Part shown: one piece after another, positions 50,623-64,000 of the stretch
Layout of the letters: each line of letters begins with the position of its first letter
Numbering within the stretch: the stretch's first letter is position 1
Assembly (NCBI GenBank): GCA_964016885.1
Contig: OZ024741.1
Span: 338,272,001 to 338,336,000 of the forward strand
Reading direction: 5' to 3'
Origin: Eledone cirrhosa
Taxonomy: Eukaryota
Length of the DNA stretch: 64,000 nt
Notes under the pieces: generated by a model
Databases searched by the model: none
Told to the model about the DNA's origin: nothing
What the model saw: the letters and a program-made list of their open reading frames with translations, nothing else
Program-made: the position numbers and the translations under genes

Positions 50623-51789
50623 CCTACCACTAACTCCTCCCTCTCTACCTTAGCCATAGAGTTCTCTCAATTAGCGAAAAAACAGACAATCACACACTCA
50701 GGTAGTTAGACAGCTAAGATCGTTTGCGCACTTACAAACAGTACTCGGCCTGTCTCCACAGAGTTTTCACAGGTGAGTGCACTTTAGAATACCTAGTTAG
50801 TAATTAGTTAGATTGATTACACACTCAGAATACCTAGTTAGTAAACGATGATGACATCTTCTTTATTGTTGTTCCCGTCTGCCGTGGGCACAAAGGTGGC
50901 TGTGGAGACCGATCCTTGACTTGCAGGTCCGGGGACAGTGGAGACAGGGGAAGAGACCGGAGTCAGACTGGTAACTCCCAGAGGTTACCTCCACCTGTTA
51001 CCTCCACCTCTCGCCCATCGCTGCAGGGCTTTGGGAGTGCACGCTAAAGAAGAAACCTGTGCGGGAAAGGGTTATAGTGGGAGGGCCAGTGTACAGTGAC
51101 GGTCCCACTCACTCGGCCGCAGAAGCCAGAATCCGGTGGTACGGAGGACCGTCACGACCATGGACTTCCTTGGCTGCAGTGGATGGCCACGACGTCTGTA
51201 CTGCCTTGCCATGCCCTAGCGCTCCACACCGCTTGCTGTCGCCGCCTTTGTGACCGTTGGGACGATGTTGTCCTCCTCCACTCATTCCGCCAGGTCCAGT
51301 CTTCGCATGCAGGGGCAGACATCCCCTATCTAACAGACCCGTCCGGCTATCCTCAACCTGGTTCGGCCCGTCAGCCAAGGCGGTTTACCGGGGTGTGGCC
51401 GCTGTCGCATGCTACAGCTTCTTGGGGCCACAGGTGAGAGCTGAGTGTCAGGTGGGACCCAATGCAGGACGAGCTGTCCTGAAAAGGGAATGGCTAGCCC
51501 CCCTACAGAGGTACATGCCCCTCCCTGACACCCTAAGCATATACATATACTTACGTACATGTGTATATACATATTTACACAATTTTGGATGGCCGTAGAC
51601 TCTTATGAGTTCTTCCACCCTTTGTCAGGTTTTGTTTTTTTGTCCTGCAGGGTGTCCAAAATCCCCCTCCTCACCAAGTAAACTTGGTGGGGTTGCCAGT
51701 TTAGTAGCTGACAACCCGACCATGCGACAGGTTGTACTAGTTTACATGTTACCAGTAGCACTCAAGAGTGACCTGGCATATATATATAC

Positions 51790-51856
<67 letters not shown>

Positions 51857-52254
51857 TTCCTCCTATCTTTATTTATCTCTTTCTTCTCTCCATACATTTC
51901 TCTCTCTCTCCGATATTTCTCCAGGTTTTCTTTCTTTCTATCTTTCTTTCTCTCTCTCCGTCTTTGTTCTTTTCCCTCTCTCCGTCTTTTTTCGTTTTTC
52001 TTTTTCTTTATCTCCGTCTTTTTCTAATTGTGCTTAACACTATGACTTATTAAAACAATATAAACAATTCACTATCCAGACAGCCTCCAAAAGTAATGGT
52101 TGTATTTTAAAAGGGTACGTCAAAGCTATTTGTAAAACTGTTATATATTGTATTTTGTCTGATGAAGGCATACCATAATTTAATATGGTATCCCTGAAAT
52201 ATGTATAATGAAATAAATATGGTTTTATAAATATAGTTTCCATTTATTAATATC

Positions 52255-52392
<138 letters not shown>

Positions 52393-52413
52393 TATATATA
52401 TATATATATATAC

Positions 52414-52486
<73 letters not shown>

Positions 52487-52487
<1 letters not shown>

Positions 52488-54325
52488 AGGTAATACTATA
52501 AGGGGCCATACCAAAAGATTGGTGCAGTAGCATCATTGTCAACTGCTACAAAGGTAAAGGTGATGCACTAGATAGAGGAAACTATAGAGGTATAAAGTTG
52601 ATGGACCAGGTCATGAAAGTAACAGAAAGAGTTATAGCACAGCTGATTAGGGACCGGGTGAAAATAGACGAGATGCAATTTGGGTTTGTACCAGGAAGAG
52701 GCGCCACTGATGCCCTCTTCCTTGTGAGGCAATTACAGGAAAAGTACCTAGCTAAAAGTAAGCCACTCTACTTGGCATTTGTCGACCTTGAGAAAGCCTT
52801 TGACAGAGTTCCACGTGCGGTAATCTGGTGGGCTCTTAGAAAACTAGGAGTAGATGAATGGCTTGTGAAAGCGGTACAAGCCATGTATAGGGGAGCAGTC
52901 AGCAAAGTTAGGATTAGCAATGAGTATAGCTAGGAATTTAGCGTACAGGTTGGGGTCCACCAGGGCTCTGTTCTTAGCCCTCTCCTGTTCATCATAGTCC
53001 TGCAGGCAATAACGGAGGAGTTTAAGACCGGATGCCCATGGGAACTCCTGTATGCTGATGACCTCGCACTCATAGCTGAATCTATGGTAGAACTAGAGAA
53101 TAAATTCCAAACCTGGAAGCAGAGACTAGAAAGAAAGGGTCTCAAATTCAACATGACAAAGACTAAGGTCCTTGTAAGTAGACGAGAAAATAGAACCCAG
53201 ATCCCCTCAGGGAAATGGCCTTGCTCAGTATGTAGGAAAGGTGTAGGTAGGAACTCCATTCTCTGCCCCAAATGCAAACAATGGGTACACAAGAGATGTA
53301 GCGGGATCTCAGGAAGCTTAATTAAGAATGTAGGCTTCTCATGCAGCAGCTGTACTGGGACAGCAAGCAGCAAACAGCCACAGGAAACAAGTACCACCAA
53401 TCTTTGGGAGGGCTCTGTAGAGACAGTAGACAGCTTCTGCTACCTAGGTGACCGAATTAGCAGCGGAGGTGGGTGTTCAGAAAGTACAATAACTAGGGTT
53501 TGAACGGGATAGAAGAAGTTCAGGGAACTACTGCCACTGCTAGCTGCAAAAGGCTTCTCCCTCAAAATGAAAGGCAGACTGTATGATGCGTGTATCCGAA
53601 CAGCAATGTTACATGGTAGTGAGACCTGGGCACTGAAGGTGGCAGACTTACGTAGATTAGAGAGAAACGAAGCCTGCATGCTCCGATGGATGTGTAATAG
53701 TAATATACGTGAACGACAAAGCATAAATGAATTGAGAGAGAGACTGAGCATAAGAGGAATCAAATGCTGTGTGCAGGAGAGGCGGTTGCGCTGGTATGGA
53801 CATGTGATGCGTATGAAGGATGACAGCTGCATAAAAAGGTGCAGAGCACTAGAAGTTGATGGAAACCGCGGAGTGGGGAGACCCAAGATGACCTGTGATG
53901 AGGTGATAAAAGCCGACCTTACCCAACTACACCTCTCAAAGACAATGACACACAACCGTGACTTCTGGCGTCCCGCAGTAATACAGAGTACCCGACCTCC
54001 CATGGGTACATGCTGAAGCATATAAACAATATGCCCCCACACCCCCCACCGCAAGGTGGTCGTGGAGGTGCCACGGCAAAAAAGCACCCAGCCCACACTG
54101 TAAAGTGGACGTGTAGGCGCCACGAAAAAGCACCCAGCACTCACTGTAAATGAGGTTGGTGTTAGGAAGGGCATCCAGCTGTAGAAATCAAGCCAGATCA
54201 GTTCCTGTATGAGCAAGGCATGGTCAGCCGACCAGACACTGCACACAACAGGACAACCCGTCTAACCCATGCTAGCGTGGAAGAACGGACGTAAAACGGT
54301 GATGATGATGATGATGATGATGATG
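52487..54325 (+). mobile_element. 5'-truncated RTE-clade LINE with a Cys-rich insert in RT and a (GAT)n tail
   Basis: KGKGDALDRGNYRGIKL, QFGFVPGRG.TDA, FVDLEKAFDRVPR, GVHQGSVLSP, LYADDL, CSVC...CPKCKQWVHKRC, LRWYGHVMR; premature stops present. Confidence 0.92.
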
Positions 54326-54448
54326 ATATATATATATATATTCATTAAAACAACAGAATGCAAGACAATTTGGTGCATCATCGTTTACCAACCAGAACAA
54401 CCAGTTCTACTCGTTGGTAAACAACCTAATATAGATTATATATATATA

Positions 54449-54519
<71 letters not shown>

Positions 54520-54520
<1 letters not shown>

Positions 54521-55466
54521 CTATTGATGAACATTATGTTCATCAATACAACCCCTAGAGGTGAATTAGCTTACAAATTTAGAAGGGCCCGAGATAAACA
54601 TAAACTCAATATTAAGATAGTAGAAAGACCAGGTACCTCCATAAAAACACTTATTACCAATACATACCCTTTTCAAAGACCTCCCTGTATAGATAAGAAA
54701 TGAATAATCTGTAAACTAAGCCCTCATATTAACTGTAAAACTAGAAATGTAGTATATAGCATAAGATGTACTGAAGGACAATGTAAAGATAAGAATATAG
54801 TGTACATAGGTGATACAGCTCGTAGTATAAGAGAACGGTTAAATGAACACTGGCGAGAACTTCAAGATAAAAAATAACCAACATGCTAAAAAGCATCAAC
54901 ATGCTAAAATAGAACATAAGGGCAAATTAGAGAACATAGAAATGAAAATAGAATCTACACACAGAAAAGACGCAATGTTTAGACAAATCACAGAGGCAAT
55001 AAACATAAATGAACTCCAACCAAAATTAAATAGAAAACATGAATGGAATAGCAACATCACAACTTACAATTAAGGACAAAATGAAAACACACACACATAC
55101 ATAGAATAAACAACCAACCAGTAACATTTAAATAAACAAATAAATAAACAAATAAAAACACACGCAGACACCCGGATGTAACACATGCGTAAACTAAGCA
55201 CACAACACACACAAAAACAAGATGGCGTAGGACAGAACAAAGGAGAGGCACAAAACAAAGAAAAAATCCCCAGTCACTGAAGAGGTCACAGAATGTATGA
55301 CGAAAGAACTTTGACAATATATGAACAACCGTCCGGTTATGGAACCAACAAACTAACCGGAAATTTATAAATTCTTAAATTTATAAATTTAATTTATAAT
55401 AAATTGGAGTGAAAGCAACTGGTGCGTGTGTTTCTTATTGGCGACATGACCCTCCCAAAGCATAAC
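54520..55466 (+). mobile_element. Penelope-like 3' fragment (GIY-YIG + pLTR)
   Basis: TPRGELA, IKIVERPG, NCKTRNVVYSIRC, VYIGDTARS.RER.NEH, RQITEA.NI, LNRKHEW. Confidence 0.85.
55273..55315 (+). ncRNA. Minimal type I hammerhead ribozyme motif
   Basis: GUCA-CUGAAGA-G GUCA...UGAC-GAAA GAAC UU-UGAC: stem I, canonical core and stem II present; stem III minimal, as is typical of PLE hammerheads. Confidence 0.75.
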
Positions 55467-55986
55467 AATATATATATATATATATACAGTGGCGGACTGG
55501 ACAGGTTGCCAGGTTGCCCAATGACAAAAATTAAAAAAAATTAAGTAAAGCAATTAGTTAACGAATTCCCCAGGGAATTAATAGAAACCAAAATATACGA
55601 TAGAGTAAATAGCTGGAATCAATGGTTGTACATTCTACTAAATCTAAAGCTTAGAAAATCTATTCCTGAGTCCAACCATTCTCGTTGCTGTGGTAATGCG
55701 GCTGGACTGCCGATCGCTATATTTGATTTGCTAAGCTGTCTAAACGTATTGTTATTAATCTGGGGTACTATTCCCATTCGAGTGCTAAAGCTACATACCG
55801 AATTTGCATTCGTTAGCTTGGCCGCAAACAAAGGCTTCGTTAATGCTGTACTAAAATTTGTATATCTATATATATATACTTAAGGGCGGCCGACCGGGGT
55901 AGAAGCTGCTAAATGTTCGGTCGCCCTCATGTCTCTGATTTTCAGCCCCATGGATTGTGTTATTATATTCCTTTGTTATATTTCGA

Positions 55987-56044
55987 ATACCTGATGATGT
56001 CACCGGATTCATACTGAACCCAGTCATTGAAATGATCATAGTAT
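55987..56044 (+). ncRNA. Type I hammerhead ribozyme motif with palindromic stem III
   Basis: AUAC-CUGAUGA-imperfect stem II-GAAA UGAUCA UA-GUAU. Confidence 0.7.
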
Positions 56045-56089
56045 AATAAACCTTTTAAGGAATTACACCAGTCCAGCCTCCTGTTATTT

Positions 56090-56160
<71 letters not shown>

Positions 56161-56164
<4 letters not shown>

Positions 56165-57016
56165 AACAAGTATGACCCCGACGGCAGAGCTCAAGCCGTT
56201 TCGACGGCTATTTCTGGATTATTTTTGTATTAGTATTTTTGTATTAATATTTGTGTATTAATATTTTGTATTAGTATTTTTGTAGTAGTATTTTAGTATT
56301 TTTGTTCTCAACTTATTAACCTGTCATTGTAAGATAGCATTGGCTGATTACTAACTAACTATAGCAGTGGTGTTAGACCCCCTGTAAAGCCGGCTTTAAT
56401 TCTTTCACTACAATCTCGTATTTAGTATTTTTCCCACTCTCCACCTATTAAACTTTTCTATAGCTTAGCAATACCAAAGAGAAACTGGGTGATTGTGGAA
56501 ATGGAGTAGTAACCAGAAATTGTTTTTTATATATTTATTTCCTTATTCTTCTATTGGGCTTTTTTTACTCCCTTTCAATTTACCTATTCTTTCAACCACC
56601 TCTTCTTCTCCAGTACACTTTTTTCGACCTTTTATACACTATCCTTAGAATCTGCTGTATAGATTTCTCTTTCAACGCTTGACTGGGTTTCCTCCACTCC
56701 CTCTTTGTTCTACCGGCAAGTTCAGCCACCCCTACCTCCCACCAAATGCCATGATAGATTCATCTGTCTTTACAACAAATGTTTGACCAATCCTCTTGAC
56801 AATTACTATCTTCCCATATAAGGAAATACCCCCTGAGAAGTTCGGCTATTTATTTACCAGGCTAAAAATTCTTATTTAGTCCAGAAATAGCTGTCGAAAC
56901 GGCTTGAGCTCTGCCGACGGGGTCATACTTGTTCCTATTACCCACTCTACTACCCTAAGTATTGAGTACTTTGGTGTGTTATGGTCCATCTGGTTCCTTA
57001 CCACAATTCCTTCGTT
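56161..57016 (+). mobile_element. Solo pLTR of the 9663-12570 PLE family with a short inverted terminal copy (56161-56218 / 56880-56937)
   Basis: Clear similarity to 11900-12570; flanked by (TA)n. Confidence 0.85.
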
Positions 57017-58552
57017 ATATATATATAAGAAAGTAAGTTCATAGAATCAATTGATAAAATATATACAGTATTTCTTCTCCCAATCAGCATAATCAACCAC
57101 ATAAAAAATCAATTAAACGAGGCTATAAGTTTAAAATGTACCTATGAAGAAACAATAGATAAATAAATGATACCTATTTTATCCGCGATCCACAGCCACA
57201 GAAAATTTACCGAGTATTTCTAATAGCCCGTAGAAATTGACTAGACATATAGTTAACCATACACAATTCGGTACAAAATCAAAGTTAGAAGAAAAAAATG
57301 TACATAAACATACCAAAATCATGTTTCTACCTCCGAAGGTTTCATTCGCTTTTTGGAAATATCCGATCATGGATAAATCAACGAGTTTCGAAATCATCAG
57401 GAAACAAACTCAATTGGACAAAGATTTTTCTTAAATGATCCCCGCCAGAAACGAATTCAAAATGGCTAAGAATTGTCACATGGCTAGTAGTCAAGTCAGA
57501 AAGCTTGTGATTGGTGCCTGACGGCGAGTAGGCTGGTTGCTAGAAAGCGCAGCCGAATACTGCCTAAAGTTTTATTCAACCTTACGAGAGTATATAAAAT
57601 ATAGAGGTTTACATATACATAAACTAAACAGAGCCATAGATATATGTCTAGTTTATGTACACTATGTGGACTATGTATTGAAGAACGGATAAATATTCTA
57701 AGGAAATTACGCAATAGCGATTGCCTAAATTCAAGGAATGAAATCTTCTCACGTTGTCCACACGTCTGGAAACATCTCTTGCATAACTACAAGCTCTAGA
57801 TTGAATAACAGCAACATTTAATATTCTAATCAACTTATTCCGGACATTCACAGTTATCTCCCTTACACCTTACGCCCGTGGTTTTGCATCGCTTGGGTGA
57901 AGTGACCGTTTCTGCGCATGCGCGTTCATACGGTTGTTTTTCCTGTTCCGTATAACCATTACCAGTCCGAGCTGAAGATCCGCATAAGGTGAAACAATAG
58001 TTCTCGGTATGGTGAACTAACTGTCGTGTTACTAGTTCTACCAAACTTACTTCTTTTTTCAGCAAACAAAGGGAGATAAGCTGACAGATCTCTGTTTCGT
58101 ACTGTTGGTACTCCTCAGAGCTTACCACTCCCTTTGTTTGCTGAAAAAAGAAGTAAGTGACAGTCTTCAAAATGCTTTTAATTAAGCATACAGTGTATTG
58201 CAAAATACACTATATATACATTCATATATATATATCGCTATTTCAGAGCACCAATTCTAATTTTCAATTTTTGCTGGACCGGCAACAGTTCTGTATAATC
58301 AGTTCCTCATTATTACTGGAATTCTATAAGAATCCAACGTTCATAATTTTCAGTAAACAAAGGGAGTGGTAAGCTCTGAGGAGTACCAACAGTACGAAAC
58401 AGATATCTGTCAGCTTATCTCCCTTTGTTTGCTGAAAAAAGAAGTAAGTGACATAGTCACTACTTTAAAACAATAGCGTAAGGTCTTCAAAATGCTTTTA
58501 ATTAAGCATACAGTGTATTGTAAAATACACTATATATACATTCATATATATA

Positions 58553-61305
58553 TTAGAGTGTGCCATAAAAAGCTCCCTGTGTATTTTCCCATTATAAATG
58601 CCCCAGTTGGTAAAATAAAACATATTTTGTATAAAATAAATTATTTTGATTCTTACCTATATCATGGTGATTATAGTGGAAAGTGTGATCATGTTGCATG
58701 AAATCATGAAAATGTGAAACCAAATATGACCATACAATAATTGTTTATTTTATTAATCCATTATATTTAATAAACCAGCTTTGAATATAAAGGCGTACAA
58801 GGAAGAAACAAGTTCAGTTAAGTTAACTCCAGTCATATTTTTTTCAGAGTTTCTTTTTTGAAATCCGGGACCTTGCGACGATGAGCTTCGACTACTTGAA
58901 GAACACACTGCTTCTCCTCCTCATTCTTGGTGATGGCAACAAAATCAGTTATCAACTTGACTGCTCTCTCCGCCAGATCGTTGACTACCTTGATATTGTG
59001 AACAACAGCACAGGCATTTTGATATGACGCTTGTGATGACCAAGTTGCAGGTTACAGTTCAAGCCAAGTATCGTCGAGACCAAGGAGATCGAACAGAAGC
59101 CTTGATTTCTTCCCAACTAGATGAGGCAGCTTCGTGGACGACTTCAACTCGGGAAATACTGGAGCACCACGGTCGAGAGGCCCAGACGTTTTCGTTTTGA
59201 CAAGACGTTGGGCTATTTGTTTCTTCTCGGACTCTTGGACCCGACTTGAAAACAGCGCTAGCGGAATGGCTTCCTCCGTCAGGTACCAAAGATGCCTGCT
59301 CAGAGCAGTAGTGGCTGCCTGCGAGAGACCTGTCAACCTTACTGTACTGTGTCAACTTCAACTAGAATTGAAGGTCATTGGATGGTGCATCAGCACACTT
59401 GACTGCTATCAGCCAGTATCGCACGTAGAACAGAGCATTGAACATACAGATCCGGCGCAACCTTTCCATTTTAGCTTGATCGTAATTGAGTCGCTCACCA
59501 AATGCATACATCTTTGCACTATAGATGATTGTGGACATCCACCGAGCGTTATGATGTGCACCAGGCAGCATCCAATGAATTCCACGAGGAGGGGTGACAC
59601 CAAGCAAGATCAACATCAACTCGGCACATTCTCGGTAGTCGTCCCGTGGAAGAGAACTCATTTTTCCATCGTCGGATGTCAGCAAATCTTGGAGGAACTT
59701 GATGTTCTCAGAACACAGACGCTTGAGTCTCCAGTCGACAGTGTTCAATGTTTTAAAGTTGGTCTTGTCCGTGAGTGACACCCAATCTTTTTTGAACTCC
59801 TTGAACTCTGGGGTGTCTGGACTGGACATTGCTCCGAATAGTTGTTGCAACACCGCACACAAGATACGCTCCATGACATGGTGCCTACAAGCAAAATAAA
59901 ACACCTTTTTGTTGAGCATCTCTTCTAGTTTCACGCAGGCACCATTTTTCCATCGAGAATTCGAAGCAGATGTGTCGAAGACCAAGCCCACCACAGACCC
60001 ATCAACATTCCAATCTTTAACAAGATCAAATGATGCTTTGGCTTGGGTGGTTCCAGTGCCATCAGGAATTATGGGAACACCGAGGAATTTACCTTCTCTG
60101 AAGTCCGGAGTTCCAGCAACTAGCACACCTAGCCTCTCGTGGTCACCAGGAATTATTTTGCCATCCTTATGCAAGGTAACAAAGTCTGGTACAGCAAATT
60201 GTTCCTTTATGTGTTCAGCCTCCACAGTTCTGATCTTCTTATCTGCACGTCTGCTACTATTCTTGGAGATAGTTTTGGCGTCTATGTCAGTCCCACGCTC
60301 AGAAATAATCGATGCCATAAATGGCCCAGTGTCAGGTTTAAACAATCAGCCATTAGAGAATTTTTTTGACTTTGAAATGGATTCTTTGGGACTTCCAGCT
60401 GGATTTTTCGTTTCTTGTCTGACTTTGAGCTGTCTCTGGGTAGGTTTGAGGCCTGAAATTCAGGATCCTGTTCATCTTCAGTTTCATCATTGGTTGAACT
60501 TGAATCACTCAGTTCATTACGTGGAAGTTGTACTGCTACAGATCCTGACAAACGCTTTCTATGGTTCTCTGACTCTCGACGAGCCACAGAAACCTGATCA
60601 CGCTTAAACTTTGAAGATACCTTTTTCTGTTAACCCTTGTCTTCAGCACCCAGAGATACTTTTTTCTGGCAACGCAGGGTTTCGAGAAATGTAGCATCTT
60701 CCATTTTCTGTTCATTATTACGAAGACGGTCTTTCAAAATTTTCTTTTCAACATCAGTATGTGCAATGTAGAAATACGAATCCAATTCAGAAATAAATAG
60801 TGCTTCCTTTTCTTTGTTTGACTTAGAAACTTTGTTTTTTTTGTAAATTTCTATATTCACTGTACATGTTCATAATTTTCAGTTTCACTTTGTCTTTTCG
60901 TTAAGTCGCCACACCAGCTTTTTCACACTGACTAACTACTTCCATCACAAGCCTATCCGCAATAACACCATTGAAGCTCACATGCTTTTTGTGTTTCATA
61001 GGACCATCTTTCAGGTAGAAGAAATATCTTGTTGGTATTTTGTTTGGTGTAAAGGATGTAACATATTGCCCCAGGAGCCATATTTCTCGATCATCACAAC
61101 GTCACAACGGAGCGAGTAGCTACAACTAGGCCCACTGGTTTCCGCCATTATTCTGCAAATTTGCAACTGTTAGGCAAGGCTTAAATTGTCTGAAATAATC
61201 AAAATTACATTATAAATTGATAATATACAAAATGGCATGAGAAAATGGATAGGGAGCTAAGAAATAAACACTTTTGTGTAAAATGTGGGATTCTGGAACA
61301 CCCTA

Positions 61306-61306
<1 letters not shown>
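58553..61306 (-). mobile_element. hAT-superfamily (hATm-like) DNA transposon with a disrupted transposase (~58830-61080)
   Basis: Termini TTAGAGTGTGCCA / TGGAACACCCTAA in TA-rich sites; motifs LHKDGK, VFDTSASNS..KNGAC, ACRHH.ME, HNARWM, RHLWYL, VVNDLAERAVKL. Confidence 0.8.
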
Positions 61307-61395
<89 letters not shown>

Positions 61396-61403
<8 letters not shown>

Positions 61404-61996
61404 ATACTTGGGGAGGGTCATATTTGCGTAATATTGCCAGAATTAATAACAGAACACACTCACTGTTTGGTTGGTTTTCGCTTATCGCTGTCTTTTATTA
61501 TATCTGCGATCTAACTTACTCGGTCCTCAATGTTGCCATTGACTGACCGGCGGTCAAAAATAATACAGATACAATATAGACACAAACACATATATATATA
61601 TATAGTTTACATAATTTACATAAATCTTTCGTTGCACTGACTGAATAAAAAATGGCGTAGACATACAACACAACAGGAGGAACAATGAATATAACACCAC
61701 TGACGATGTTGCAGATGTGCAACGAAAGATTTATGTAAATTATGTAAACTATATATATATATATGTGTTTGTGTCTATATTGTATCTGTATTATTTTTGA
61801 CCGCCGGTCAGTCAATGGCAACATTGAGGACCGAGTAAGTTAGATCGCAGATATAATAAAAGACAGCGAGAAGCGAAAACCAACCAAACAGTGAGTGTGT
61901 TCTGTTATTAATTCTGGCAATATTACGCAAATATGACCCTCCCCAAGTATAACAATATCTGTTTCGACACACGATTTCATATAAAAAACCTCGCAA

Positions 61997-62000
<4 letters not shown>
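61396..62000 (+). mobile_element. Fold-back PLE pLTR remnant: ~242-bp inverted arms (61396-61637 / 61717-61958) with a hammerhead core in the spacer
   Basis: Arms are near-perfect reverse complements; CUGACGA-GUUGCA/UGCAAC-GAAA at 61700-61727; related copy at 63765-64000. Confidence 0.75.
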
Positions 62001-62069
<69 letters not shown>

Positions 62070-62184
62070 GGTGTTCCAGAGTCCCACATTTTACACAAAA
62101 GTGTTTTTTTCTTAGCTCCCTATCCATTTTCTCATGCCATTTTGTATATTATCAATTTATAATGTAATTTTGATTATTTCAGAC

Positions 62185-62224
<40 letters not shown>

Positions 62225-62226
<2 letters not shown>

Positions 62227-62484
62227 CCCGTTTGACCTGTGCGAAATTCTTTCCTTACTCACATTTCGACCAGGTTGGATGGTCTTTTTTCTCTCTCGTC
62301 CACGATTTCACAGAACTTATGTTCATCGATTTCAGAGACTTGACTCCTTCTTCCTCCCGTTTGACCTGTGCGAAATTCTTTCCTTACTCACATTTCGACC
62401 AGGTTGGATGGTCTTTTTTCTCTCTCGTCCACGATTTCACAGATCTTATGTTCATCGATTTCAGAGACTTGACTCCTTCTTCCT
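62225..62484. repeat. ~128-bp tandem duplication
   Basis: CCTCCCGTTTGACCTGTGCG...TTGACTCCTTCTT occurs twice. Confidence 0.9.
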
Positions 62485-62705
62485 CACTTTTCGTTGCATT
62501 ACCATCTTTGTTTGTTTACTGTCTCGCTCGTTCCCCCTATTTACGTGTCCCAACGACTTTCTTTAGCCGTTGCTTGCACCAACCAGAGGTATATGGTCTT
62601 TATAGCGATGAAATACCAATGAAGGCTGGAAGATCACTAATGAAGTACTAAATTTATTCATATGTAACCCATTTGCAACCACGCAGCACGTCATGTTTTC
62701 ATATT

Positions 62706-62743
<38 letters not shown>

Positions 62744-62750
<7 letters not shown>

Positions 62751-63555
62751 TAATAGATTAAAGTTTAAGCAAAGAATCGATGCTTTCACCCTTAACGGGA
62801 TCTTCTGAAACTAAAAAAAAGTCAATCTGTGAAAGCAGAAGTAAATAAAGACCATGTGACCTCTGCGCCGCTGAGGCCCTGGAAATACTCTACGCCAAAG
62901 ACCACATCTTAAACAAAAAATCTGAGGCTATTTCAGCTTGTAAACATAAATTGCACAAAACTTTCCTGTATTACAGCCCCACATTATACGCTAACGGATA
63001 ATACGAACTATACGCGGATATTTTACGTCTTGATGTGGTAGCTAAATATATGTTATGTTTATACCATTACTTATTTGTATAGGTAAGTATATATTTCCTG
63101 TATGTTTAGTGAAGGTATGTATACTTTCTCGTACGTATATTTGCTTGTATATGTTATGGCGTATATATTATATATACTGGTACATTTTCATTTGGTTTGT
63201 GTATACGTGAGTTTTGCGTCTATGTGAGTATGCGGGTTCGTGTGTAGGGTGTGTGTGTATGTGTACGTTGTGTTTTGGTTGACATACGTCTGCGAACATA
63301 TGTGTATTTACATGTAGGTATGTGTGTGCGCGCGTTATATACGTATTTATGTGTGTATATTTATTGACGTTTATTTAATTATATGTACACACACATATAT
63401 ATATATTTTTTTTTAATATATATTTTTGAAATATTTACTTCTGCGTTCACAGATTGACTTTTTTTAGTTTCAGAAGATCCCGTTAAGGGTGAAAGCAGCG
63501 ATTCTTTGCTTAAACTTTAATCTGTTATTTTAATAAATATTTGCTCTACGGTTCT
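62744..63555 (+). mobile_element. Small Penelope-like remnant with ~104-bp inverted repeats (62744-62847 / 63432-63534)
   Basis: Interior encodes PCDLCAAEALEILYAKDHILNKKSEAISACKHK (PLE C-terminus); hammerhead-like AGUUU-CAGAAGA-CCC/GGG-GAAAGCA..UGCUU-AAACU at 63466-63516. Confidence 0.8.
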
Positions 63556-63644
63556 TATATATTTGATATATATTTATCCTTATCGAGCCCTCTTTGGATT
63601 TTAGTCTTCAAATTTATTATTATTACTATTATTATTATTATTAC

Positions 63645-63679
<35 letters not shown>

Positions 63680-63685
63680 GGGGGG

Positions 63686-63764
<79 letters not shown>

Positions 63765-63768
<4 letters not shown>

Positions 63769-64000
63769 AAAATGGCGTAGACATACAATACAACAGGAGG
63801 AAACATAATAGTACCACTGATGATGTTGCAGATGTGCGACGAAAAAACTTTGACTATATATATATATGTATTTATATCTGTATTTTTTACCGTTGGTCAG
63901 TCAATGATAAACATTGATTGCTGAATTAATTAACTATGGAGATATAAAAGATACAGAAGCGAAAACCAACCAAACAGTGAGTTCTGTTATTATTTCTGGC
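63765..64000 (+). mobile_element. pLTR copy with hammerhead core CUGAUGA (63810-63855)
   Basis: Similar to 61643-61920; stem II GUUGCA/UGCGAC followed by GAAA. Confidence 0.65.

Noticed and set aside
50845-51780. GC-rich segment resembling an RTE 5' UTR or non-autonomous element, possibly with an HDV-like ribozyme
   Set aside because: No recognisable coding motif and no nested pseudoknot could be assembled by eye.
53200-53360. PHD-like Cys cluster inside the RTE reverse transcriptase
   Set aside because: Familiar feature of many invertebrate RTE elements, so not novel.

Overview
Eukaryotic, very repeat-rich animal DNA; the SINE/RTE repertoire and microsatellites suggest a coleoid cephalopod such as octopus (inference). 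The centre of the window (about 17.3-44.9 kb) is a head-to-tail array of six Tx1/L1-type non-LTR retrotransposons (A-F), all on the minus strand and separated by (GATA)n/(TATC)n tracts; copy E has both ORFs intact. In every full-length copy a 5' splice-donor consensus overlaps the ORF1 stop. The ORF2 stop (CTG TAG, after a pyrimidine tract) looks like a 3' acceptor, usually followed by a stop in the matching phase, so ORF2 appears to sit exactly inside an intron. The copies also share structurally conserved 5' and 3' UTR hairpins, and one has an unusually long flanking duplication. The array probably lies in a ~35.7 kb intron of a small plus-strand gene for a GPI-anchored chitin-binding (CBM14) protein. 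The rest is decayed TEs: Helitron, RTE, R4/Dong-like, CRE-like, a hATm-like transposon, SINEs, and several Penelope-like elements with inverted pLTRs and hammerhead motifs. All coordinates were read by eye; edges may be off by a few bp.
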